From IMG/VR virus record IMGVR_UViG_3300015265_000001, positions 62,001-126,000 of that record: a stretch of DNA of 64,000 nucleotides. One strand, given 5' to 3'. The number at the start of each line of letters is the position of its first letter. The stretch's first letter is position 1. The position numbers were made by a program, and so were the translations under genes. Positions 17,868 through 26,021 of this stretch are shown one piece after another. Below the pieces are notes generated by a model. The model did no database searches and was not told the DNA's origin. It was given only the letters and a program-made list of their open reading frames with translations.

Positions 17868-18989
17868 GTGCGTTTTCTATGGAGCTCTGATCACCACACG
17901 TTGCACCCAGTGACACCTACACCCCATATTCTCTCTAACCTGACCCGCTTCCTGATGAAGGAAAACGATCTGGCTAAAGTGGATATGGTGCTGTTTGGCG
18001 GCGACTTCTTTGAGCGTATGGTTGAGTCCCCTAACGAAGACATGTTTAAAGTCAAGGACTGGGGTCGCGATTTCCTGCACTCAGCTCATGACGCTAACGA
18101 GGACCTGATTGCCATCTGGCTTGCAGGTACTGAGTCTCACGATAACAAGCAACCGCGTCACTTTGTAAACCTCGCACCACGGGGCATGGATGTACGTTAT
18201 ATCGACACGTTGTCGATTGAGGTGTTTCACCAGTTAGACGATCTGTCCATTATGTTTGTTCCAGACAACATGGGCAAGATGACGCCGGATGAGATCTGGG
18301 AGCGTGCCCTCCAGGTCTTAAAGGCTAACGGCATGGATAAGGTTGACCTCATTGCCTTTCACGGCGGGTTTACCTTCCAGCTGCATGCTGCTGCTCAAAA
18401 GCACGCTCACCTGCTGGAGCGATGGGAAACCATTGTGACCTACGGGATCTTTGCTGGCCATATCCACAAGCCAGTGCAGAAGGGCAAGTTGTATACCTCG
18501 GGTTCGTTCGATCGTGACAAGCACGGTGAAGAACATCCCAAGGGTGGTTATGTGGTGGATCTGGATAAGAAGAAGAACATCTTTGCTCCCGTCTTTTGGG
18601 AAAACAAGAATGCGCTTCCTTATCTTACCATGACCGTAACGGCGGAGATTACGCCAGAGCAGTTGATCAAAGAAATACACACATTTATTGCAGCACGTAA
18701 ACTTCCACCCTTTTCTCAGATCAGGGTTAAAGGTGCACTTGCTGAGGTCGCTAACCCGATCGTCGAAGTCATGAAAAAAGACTACCCCATGATTGGCTTT
18801 AAGACTGAGAACGAAGTCGAGAAAGGCGTCACTGTTGACGAGACTTTGTTTGACGCTAAACGCTATGAAGGGGTTTCATTAATTAAAGATAACTTAAACG
18901 ATTCTCTACTACCAGAAATCAGCGAGCGGTTGGACCAGCTGGGTATCTCGATAGAAGAAGCGTTTGAGGTGCTGGAGGAGTTCAAATGA
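17868..18989 (+). CDS. SbcD/Mre11-like metallophosphoesterase nuclease (gp65-like)
   Basis: Motifs SSDHH, GGDFF, GTESHD, FHGG and GHIH in the canonical order. Confidence 0.88.
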   Translation: MRFLWSSDHHTLHPVTPTPHILSNLTRFLMKENDLAKVDMVLFGGDFFERMVESPNEDMFKVKDWGRDFLHSAHDANEDLIAIWLAGTESHDNKQPRHFVNLAPRGMDVRYIDTLSIEVFHQLDDLSIMFVPDNMGKMTPDEIWERALQVLKANGMDKVDLIAFHGGFTFQLHAAAQKHAHLLERWETIVTYGIFAGHIHKPVQKGKLYTSGSFDRDKHGEEHPKGGYVVDLDKKKNIFAPVFWENKNALPYLTMTVTAEITPEQLIKEIHTFIAARKLPPFSQIRVKGALAEVANPIVEVMKKDYPMIGFKTENEVEKGVTVDETLFDAKRYEGVSLIKDNLNDSLLPEISERLDQLGISIEEAFEVLEEFK

Positions 18990-19780
18990 GAGCACTGGGT
19001 GCATTAGGCATGTCGGTGGGGACTTCACTGGCATTAGAACTCGGCGGGGACGCTATCCGTTCTGCGGATACCCTGCTGTTCAATCTCAGAACGTTGATCC
19101 GTAACGCTCACGCGGCTTACGAGAAAGATGATGAAGGGGCCAATGACGCTAAGGTCTTGGCCAAAGATGTTGAGGAAGATCTGCTTAAGTTAGGTCACTA
19201 CTTGGAGCAGTTGCGTAAAGGCAAACCGATCCAGATGGTGGTTTACTACCCGTCTTATCGCGGTCTGAAAAGCAAGTACAAACATGCTGACCTAACCGAC
19301 TTCCTCGACAACGGCACCGAGAAACAAAAGAAGTTTGCCAGGCTTACTAAGGACGTTGCAGAAGCCTTAATAAGCAAGCACAAAAAGATTCTGGTCGAAA
19401 CCGATGTGGGAATGCCTGATTTTAAGGGGAACGGCATTGTTATGACGCACCATGTGGTGGACCTGGCAGAGGCTCAGGGCTACGGTCGTCTCTTCCTCTT
19501 GGAATCCTACACCGGAGTGTTAAAACCTTTCACAGCCTGGTACACCAAGCTGACCGGTGGGGAAGAACTGCATTACATGCCGTTTAATCGTCTCACTATC
19601 CAGATCTTTGGTGATCGCTCCACTAACTTCAAGTCGTCTACTAAGGCGATCAAAGATCTTGTGAAGAAGATTGCCTTGGATAACAACTGGACTTCAGCCA
19701 CGTCAATGAGCCGTGTAAGGAACAGCATTAACAATCTGGATAACCCAGTCGACAAAGCTGGCTTGCTGATGATGATTTAA
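18986..19780 (+). CDS. Conserved core protein, possible PIN/FEN-like 5'-3' nuclease fold
   Basis: Pattern LLFNLRTLIRN...VYYPSY...THHVVDL...QIFGD; coupled to the SbcD-like gene. The fold assignment is tentative. Confidence 0.5.
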   Translation: MRALGALGMSVGTSLALELGGDAIRSADTLLFNLRTLIRNAHAAYEKDDEGANDAKVLAKDVEEDLLKLGHYLEQLRKGKPIQMVVYYPSYRGLKSKYKHADLTDFLDNGTEKQKKFARLTKDVAEALISKHKKILVETDVGMPDFKGNGIVMTHHVVDLAEAQGYGRLFLLESYTGVLKPFTAWYTKLTGGEELHYMPFNRLTIQIFGDRSTNFKSSTKAIKDLVKKIALDNNWTSATSMSRVRNSINNLDNPVDKAGLLMMI

Positions 19781-19789
19781 GGATTGCGT

Positions 19790-20032
19790 ATGCGCGATGA
19801 ATTGGAAAAAGTTATCCGTGATTTGACAGCCGAGGTGGACAACCGTATCAGCAGCGCACAATGCCACGATGTTGATACGGCTCCTCTGGAAACGTCGTTG
19901 AAGATGCTGCACCTTATCCCGGAATTGTTCGAAAAGATCAAACACGGCGAACCTGGACATGAGGCCTGGCTGAAGGAAGCAATCAAGTGTCACTTCCTCG
20001 GCCAGCCTATGCCCGAATACGTCGCTCGTTAG
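19790..20032 (+). CDS. Small hypothetical protein
   Basis: 80-aa ORF with an AAGGA RBS. Confidence 0.55.
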   Translation: MRDELEKVIRDLTAEVDNRISSAQCHDVDTAPLETSLKMLHLIPELFEKIKHGEPGHEAWLKEAIKCHFLGQPMPEYVAR

Positions 20033-20114
20033 CACCGTTTTAAATACCACTGCGCGTCCATCCTTATAGGCGCAAACCACCAAATTCTCTGTTTGAACAA
20101 GAAGGAAGATTGTT

Positions 20115-20834
20115 ATGCAACCACAACGTAACGGTGCACCCAGCGGCCAGAAGCGCAAGAAGACGTTTCTGAACGATTACCGTCAGGCACACCCTGCAAC
20201 GGACGCCCCGATCAATGGTGGCAAATACCCTGCTCAACTGATGTTCGAGCAAAAGATCACCGGCCAGATCGTGCTGAAGATCAACGACGGTGTGTTCTCC
20301 GAAGGCAAGTCGACTCACAAAGAAGTCGAACTCGATGCGTACGACCGCGGTCAGCTGTTCGAAGCGCTGAAAGAAGCCGCCGACCTGACCGGCAGCCCGA
20401 ACTTCAAACAAGCCAAGGTTACCCCGGCTCGTCACCAGTTCGTGTTCCAGGGCGGTTCGGGTCGCATGTCCGATAAACCGGTCGTGCAATGCAACTTCGT
20501 GATCACCCGCGAAGATAACGGCGAGATCACTCTGGGTTACACCAAGGGTGACTACAAGGCGGTTATCCGCTTCAAGGGTCCTCGCAGCATGACTGTGATG
20601 ATGCGCAACGCCGCTGGCGAAGTGCACGAAGACAAAGGCGTGATGTCCCGTTGGGCTGTGCGTCACTGGGTCAGCTTCATGAAGCCGGTTCTGGAACGTA
20701 TGGAACTCGAAGGCTGGGAACCACCGAAGCCACGTGGTGATGCCAACAACGGCGGTGGCGGTGGCGGTCGTAACAACGACTACAGCAGCAACGATTCGAG
20801 CAGCAGCACCGATTCTTTCGATGACGACTTCTAA
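20115..20834 (+). CDS. chmC: Nucleus-associated nucleic-acid-binding protein ChmC-like (phiKZ gp67-like)
   Basis: Lies immediately upstream of the gp68-like gene. Beta-rich body with a disordered G/N/S-rich acidic tail. Confidence 0.6.
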   Translation: MQPQRNGAPSGQKRKKTFLNDYRQAHPATDAPINGGKYPAQLMFEQKITGQIVLKINDGVFSEGKSTHKEVELDAYDRGQLFEALKEAADLTGSPNFKQAKVTPARHQFVFQGGSGRMSDKPVVQCNFVITREDNGEITLGYTKGDYKAVIRFKGPRSMTVMMRNAAGEVHEDKGVMSRWAVRHWVSFMKPVLERMELEGWEPPKPRGDANNGGGGGGRNNDYSSNDSSSSTDSFDDDF

Positions 20835-20851
20835 TCGTCCAAATGCGAATA

Positions 20852-20876
20852 AGAGCGGAGGGTAATCCTCTGCTCT
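20852..20876 (+). terminator. Hairpin/terminator
   Basis: agagcggagg-gtaat-cctctgctct. Confidence 0.55.
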
Positions 20877-20922
20877 GCCTAACCCTATAGCTGATAACCG
20901 ATTTTTGAGAATACTCGCTATG

Positions 20923-20949
20923 GGTAAAAAGATTTAAAACCTACATTAT
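20923..20949 (+). promoter_or_regulatory. Early-type promoter upstream of the gp68-like gene
   Basis: ggtaaaaagatttaaaacctacattat, nearly identical to the phuZ upstream motif. Confidence 0.6.
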
Positions 20950-20987
20950 CCCCTTGTAGACAATAAAACTGTTTGGAGTTAAGTAAC

Positions 20988-22547
20988 ATGCTTGAGTTAG
21001 CGATTCGCCGAACCTCCAGCAAAAAGTTTGAAGGGATCCTGATCACATTCAATAATCAAACTATCAAATTCAACGGCGATGCGGCCATCAAACTGGAACG
21101 CACGATCAAGGATCGTAGCGAGGCCACCTACAACCTGTTCGATTGCTTCAATGACTACATTGAAGGCACCATGGATCACGATCAGCAGAAACATCTGTTC
21201 GATCTGTACAACCGCGCGTACGTCATTGTTGAGAGTGGTAAGTTCCAGGATTACAACGAAGACCTGGCTCAACTGAAACCCATCACCGATGAGATCATCG
21301 AGTTCATCAATCCGCCGAAGTACTGTTCGTTTATTCATTACTCGAAATACATGCAGATCCCACGGGACCTGAGTGAAGCGGCGAGTAAGGGTGACTATCC
21401 GAAAGAGACCACCATCACCGATCAAGACTATGTTGAAATGGTCAAGATGGCATTCGTGGTTCGTACAGTATTCCCGATCATCTTCGGCCTGCAATCGCGA
21501 TTCGAAGTAGCGATGGGTAGTGGTGGTTTCAGTGATCTGGCCTGCGGTAACCTGATCAAGGATAATCCGTGGATCACCCAAATGCCTGGCTGGCACAAGT
21601 TGACCACGTATGTCAGGTTTGCATTTGACAAGCGCGGTATCCCAACTCAGCCAGACAGCGTGACCAGTGTTGAGAACTTTGTTGACAAAGTACTTTTTAA
21701 CACGATCTTCAATCGTTTATGCTGTGCCGCTATTCCTGAAACAGAAGAAGGCAAGAACATCGCCACTGCCATTAACGCCTCGGTTAAGCAACACGAGTCG
21801 CTGGGCGGTAACTTCATGCAACGGGATTACCCAAGTGAGTCGGATGACGACAAACGCTCGATGCTGGATAAACACCAGATCAGCGAAGAAGTTCGTTCCA
21901 CCGACGACACAGTAGCGGCCGAGTTCTTCAGCTTTACCCTGTTCGACGAAGAAGACAATCCTCGTTACAAGGATCGCTTCAAGTACACCTGTGCGGCATT
22001 GGGTGTGCAGAACGTTGAGCTGGTGGAAAAGATCTACGACAACCTGTCGCCTCATTGGGACTTCGAGTTGGAAGATCATATCCTCAAGCTGCTGCAATTG
22101 GTGTTTGCATTCGAAACGTCTCCATTCACCTTTGAAGCGGCAGGCTACGATCAACTGATGGCGGCGATCTGTATTGCACAGGTACGTCTGCATGAGCAAG
22201 GTTTCAAGTACTTGCCGTCGGTGATTGGTGCGATCAAGGATCCTAACGGTGAACTGTCGCTACCAGATGGTTTGAACCTGAGCGAGGACGATCGTCAGTA
22301 TCTGTCTTCTATCTGTGAGATTCAAACCCGTAACAACGAAGGTCGCTCGTTTAACGAAGCGATTGTCGCGGCCCAGTCCTTCCTGGATAAGTTTGGCCGT
22401 GGCATCTGGCAATCCAATTTGGAATATGGGGTATTGGATACGCCGGAGACTTATGCATTGGTGCGCCCAGGCAAACTCTTTGCTCTGGAAATCAGTGTAG
22501 AAGTCAAGAACGAATTCATGGCGTTGAACCGTAAAGTAAACGCCTAA
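20988..22547 (+). CDS. Non-virion RNAP sigma-like/promoter-specificity subunit (phiKZ gp68-like)
   Basis: About 520 aa; ATG at 20988 with a GGAG RBS. Canonical position between chmC and picA. Confidence 0.7.
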   Translation: MLELAIRRTSSKKFEGILITFNNQTIKFNGDAAIKLERTIKDRSEATYNLFDCFNDYIEGTMDHDQQKHLFDLYNRAYVIVESGKFQDYNEDLAQLKPITDEIIEFINPPKYCSFIHYSKYMQIPRDLSEAASKGDYPKETTITDQDYVEMVKMAFVVRTVFPIIFGLQSRFEVAMGSGGFSDLACGNLIKDNPWITQMPGWHKLTTYVRFAFDKRGIPTQPDSVTSVENFVDKVLFNTIFNRLCCAAIPETEEGKNIATAINASVKQHESLGGNFMQRDYPSESDDDKRSMLDKHQISEEVRSTDDTVAAEFFSFTLFDEEDNPRYKDRFKYTCAALGVQNVELVEKIYDNLSPHWDFELEDHILKLLQLVFAFETSPFTFEAAGYDQLMAAICIAQVRLHEQGFKYLPSVIGAIKDPNGELSLPDGLNLSEDDRQYLSSICEIQTRNNEGRSFNEAIVAAQSFLDKFGRGIWQSNLEYGVLDTPETYALVRPGKLFALEISVEVKNEFMALNRKVNA

Positions 22548-22582
22548 TTAAACAGAGCAAGCTATCTTCGAGGTTAAGCAAC

Positions 22583-24016
22583 ATGGCAGAAATTACGCTG
22601 GTTAAAGCAGTCTTCGGTATGGGTAACGTCAACCAAGACCACGTTCATCGTCACAACATCTTGGACATGAACACGATGAACATCGACACCATCAAGATGG
22701 AGCAGCATCAAGGTGGCGTTACTCCAAACACCCTGAACACGATCGCTGCCCAGTCTGGCGGTCTGACTACTCGTCCATCAGGGTACGTCAATATCGAGGA
22801 TAGCTGGAACGTCCGTCGTGGTCTCGGCATGTGCAACTTCCTCATCACCAATAACTCGGTTGAAACAGCCGAACTGTCGGTACTGGGTTATCTGACTGGC
22901 GGCGGTGCCAGTCATGAAGGTATCGAGCCTCAGACCATGTTCGTGCCGGTGCGTTGCTGGGACACGCGCACCACGCAGAAGTTCGACAACATGGGCTTGC
23001 CGATGGCGTCGACAGTGATCACCGGCTCCCACCAGTTCCTGATGGGTGACCCAACTGGCCGTGATGAACTGAAATCGGTTCGTCCGCTCGACATGGCTCA
23101 AGAAGTATTGGGTTACATGGCCAGTTCTGCTGATGGCATGAACGACGGGTTCGACGGCATCCTCGCAGCAGACCTGCGTCAGAACGTTGTGATGTCGAAG
23201 ACCGACAACCTCAACCCAACGCACCACGCTCGTGAGCTTCTGCGCATCGCGGCAGCCACTACCACTGAAGGTCAGTACACCGGTATCGCGAACGCGATTG
23301 GTGACGCCATGGTCGGTCCTGGTATCGGTGAATCGCCGTTGACCAGCAACGAGTTCTTCAAGACCATGATGTCGTACAACGGCAGCTTCTCCATGGCGAA
23401 CTTCATGGGCTGGAGCGTGGCTGAGATCAACTCGGTCTTCACCAACCTGCCGGATGTAATGAACATCACGTTGTTGAACCCAGCGGCCACCACAGCGGTA
23501 GACAACACCCTGATCTCCCAGGAATACGGCCGGGCTAACAGCTACGAAACGATCGCGGAAGAATTGGCGTATCTGACCGTGCACATGCTCATCCGTTGCG
23601 GTCTGACTCACCTGGTGTTCAGTGCCACTAACAACCCACACCACTTCAGCGGCCTGGCCGGTTCTGATTCCGGTGTTGAAGTTGTGACGGGTACTTTCGG
23701 TTCGGTACTGGATCATGACGATCATGCTATCAACCGGGTAGAACGCTTCAAGGAAATGCTACGGGGGCTGTTCTTCAGCAAGTACTCGACTCAGTTCGTG
23801 CACACCGCTACTCTGCTGAGTGTTCAGGTTAGTTCCCACCTGTTCGGTGAAACCAGCGTTACCGTGTTCTTCAACGGTGAGCAGGACAAACAACAGACGT
23901 ACGTCAATGCTACGTATGCCATCAACCGGACAAGCACCAACATCACGAACAGCGTGGATGGCCTGGCTGAAGCCCAGAACTTCATGCAGAACATCACCGA
24001 CTACTTTACGAAATAA
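22583..24016 (+). CDS. picA: Phage nuclear import factor PicA/Imp1-like (phiKZ gp69-like)
   Basis: 477 aa, at the conserved position between the gp68-like and gp70-like genes. Assigned by synteny and size. Confidence 0.65.
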   Translation: MAEITLVKAVFGMGNVNQDHVHRHNILDMNTMNIDTIKMEQHQGGVTPNTLNTIAAQSGGLTTRPSGYVNIEDSWNVRRGLGMCNFLITNNSVETAELSVLGYLTGGGASHEGIEPQTMFVPVRCWDTRTTQKFDNMGLPMASTVITGSHQFLMGDPTGRDELKSVRPLDMAQEVLGYMASSADGMNDGFDGILAADLRQNVVMSKTDNLNPTHHARELLRIAAATTTEGQYTGIANAIGDAMVGPGIGESPLTSNEFFKTMMSYNGSFSMANFMGWSVAEINSVFTNLPDVMNITLLNPAATTAVDNTLISQEYGRANSYETIAEELAYLTVHMLIRCGLTHLVFSATNNPHHFSGLAGSDSGVEVVTGTFGSVLDHDDHAINRVERFKEMLRGLFFSKYSTQFVHTATLLSVQVSSHLFGETSVTVFFNGEQDKQQTYVNATYAINRTSTNITNSVDGLAEAQNFMQNITDYFTK

Positions 24017-24025
24017 GGATCCGTC

Positions 24026-25483
24026 ATGAATGAATTGAACAAGCTGTATAAAGCCATGCTGATGGCCTGGGATTGCGTTATCAAGGATGACGCGCGCATC
24101 GTGGTATCCATCAATGGTGACGAGATCCCTGTTCGTATCGACGACATGGACATGTACCTGCCGCTGTCCGAAGTATTGGACGGCAACTGCATCGACAAGG
24201 TGTTCTTCCACCCGGCCTGTGAGAACGTGACCTCGAAGGAAACCGAAGTGTTCAAGGTGATCCGTCGCCTGTCGACACTCAAGCTCCTGAACACGTTCTC
24301 CGAGTACGTCCCGATCATGTTTGGCGTGGCCAGCAAGACGACCAAGCAAGCCTGGCGTCAGAACATCCTCGACATGCTCGAACCGCTCAAGTCGGCCAAG
24401 CGCACTTACCGTGACGAGCTGAAGAAGCTCTTCCAGCAGATGCAAGTCGAAGTCAACGACAACGGCGTGGACAACCGTTTCCTGCACATCAAGGTAACCA
24501 AAGGCGGCGGCCGTGGTAAGACCGGTGAAAAGGTCTACTACAAAGCCAAGCCGGTGTTCCCGTTCTACAACGAGATCATCAAACGCCTGGCACGTTCCGA
24601 GGGTCAGTCTGACAATCAGACCGTTGAGCTGAATGGCTACAGCGTGTCGATCGGTGCACTGAAGTTGGCTGCTCACCTGTTCCAGCAGATCCTGCCGGTC
24701 GTGGAGACACCGGACGATCTCGAGGTCGAGTCGACCAGTCAAGTGGGCGCACGTCTGTGTGCTTACCTGGGTTGCTACTACGAACTCGCCGAGCAGCTGA
24801 ACCGCATCCAGAACACCTTCCGTGCTGACTTCGACAAGGCCGGTGTCTACCCAATCGACACCAACTGGTACGAACACCTGGAAGAGCTGCCTGAAATCTA
24901 TCGTCAAGTGCCTACGCTGGATTACAACAGCCACAACACCCAGGACGAAGAACAGCAGGCCAACACCAACCAGCGCAACAACACCAATCTGTTCTCGGTC
25001 AGTGGCAATCGCAACCAGAACAATAACAACAACCAAAATAACAACAATAACAACTCCAACAACAATAACAGCGGTCGCGTAAACCTGACCAACGGTAACG
25101 ACGGTAGCTACGACACCACCGTACCGCCAATGGAATACGGTGACAACTACCTGAAGACCGAGATCGACTACGCCAACGGTCATGTCAACCACTACGCCGT
25201 CAACAACAACGGCAACCAGGTTATCTATCAGTGCACCCGTTACGCCAACTTGTTGCGTCGTATCGAAAGCAACATGATGAACAACATGGGCATGATGGGC
25301 ATGATGGGGATGGGTGGCATGGGTGGCATGAACATGATGGGCGGCCAGCAATTGGCCAACGGCATGATCCTGCTGCCTAACGGTATGACGGTAATGCCAC
25401 AGCAGCTGCAACAGATGATGCGCCCTAGCACCAGCCAAGGCGCTCCAGCTGGCACCAGCGACTACAGCGTGGCTACGTACTAA
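24026..25483 (+). CDS. Conserved core protein (gp70-like) with an Asn-rich and Met/Gly-rich low-complexity C-terminus
   Basis: 485 aa containing NQNNNNNQNNNNNNSNNNNS and MMNNMGMMGMMGMGGMGGMNMMGGQQ. Confidence 0.75.
   Translation: MNELNKLYKAMLMAWDCVIKDDARIVVSINGDEIPVRIDDMDMYLPLSEVLDGNCIDKVFFHPACENVTSKETEVFKVIRRLSTLKLLNTFSEYVPIMFGVASKTTKQAWRQNILDMLEPLKSAKRTYRDELKKLFQQMQVEVNDNGVDNRFLHIKVTKGGGRGKTGEKVYYKAKPVFPFYNEIIKRLARSEGQSDNQTVELNGYSVSIGALKLAAHLFQQILPVVETPDDLEVESTSQVGARLCAYLGCYYELAEQLNRIQNTFRADFDKAGVYPIDTNWYEHLEELPEIYRQVPTLDYNSHNTQDEEQQANTNQRNNTNLFSVSGNRNQNNNNNQNNNNNNSNNNNSGRVNLTNGNDGSYDTTVPPMEYGDNYLKTEIDYANGHVNHYAVNNNGNQVIYQCTRYANLLRRIESNMMNNMGMMGMMGMGGMGGMNMMGGQQLANGMILLPNGMTVMPQQLQQMMRPSTSQGAPAGTSDYSVATY
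24960..25345 (+). repeat. AAC/AAT and ATG-GGC low-complexity coding repeats
   Basis: Trinucleotide runs at about 25010-25070 and 25272-25343. Confidence 0.8.
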
Positions 25484-25496
25484 GCAGCCATAAGGC

Positions 25497-25540
25497 TAGC
25501 AGCCCTGGGTAATCCCAGGGCTGCTATACCTTTTCTTTTT
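25497..25540. terminator. Bidirectional terminator
   Basis: Perfect 13-bp stem tagcagccctggg-taat-cccagggctgcta plus a T tract, between convergent genes. Confidence 0.8.
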
Positions 25541-25869
25541 TACCCTTTAACTGTATTGCTACGAGATATGGCTTTGTTGAGATCGCTCTCACTGATGGCC
25601 ATAAACGAATGGAGATCGGAGACATCCTGATTGGGATCGTTAATGTCGTTGATAAACGCCGTAGCCCAGCGTAGATGGGCGGGAATATTCATCGATCGCA
25701 TTACACGATAGAAATCAGTGCGGAACGCGTAAAGCATCGCCCGATCAACAATCGGCATCAGCTGGGCCGTACGCAACAGTATTTCTTTTTCAGAACGCAC
25801 TAGAATTTTGAAGGCGTCGGTATAGAAGAACTCTTTACCGTTGTCGGATTCGTTGTTTGGGATCGGCAT
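25540..25869 (-). CDS. Small protein, possibly T4 gp53-like/LysM-like baseplate wedge
   Basis: ATG at 25869 with a GGAG RBS. The motif MNIPAHLRWATAFINDINDP resembles gp53/tail-X-type LWWxIxxxNxIxDP. Confidence 0.5.
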   Translation of the reverse strand: MPIPNNESDNGKEFFYTDAFKILVRSEKEILLRTAQLMPIVDRAMLYAFRTDFYRVMRSMNIPAHLRWATAFINDINDPNQDVSDLHSFMAISESDLNKAISRSNTVKG

Positions 25870-25936
25870 TGCTATCTCCAAGCTAATTGTTAACTGGCTG
25901 CCCCATCCTTTATTGCTATAAGCGATATGGCAACCC

Positions 25937-25960
25937 TAATAAAACTTAAACCTATATCAT
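25937..25960 (+). promoter_or_regulatory. Early-type promoter upstream of the nvRNAP beta gene
   Basis: taataaaacttaaacctatatcat, a variant of the shared motif. Confidence 0.45.
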
Positions 25961-26021
25961 CTTTGAGAATAGGCAGTCGGATCTCTTCGGAGATCGCGTT
26001 TAAGATAATAGGAGAAAGATT

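Noticed and set aside
24960-25345. AAC/ATG-GGC repeats as a possible CRISPR or VNTR array
   Set aside because: There is no repeat-spacer periodicity; they are in-frame low-complexity codons.
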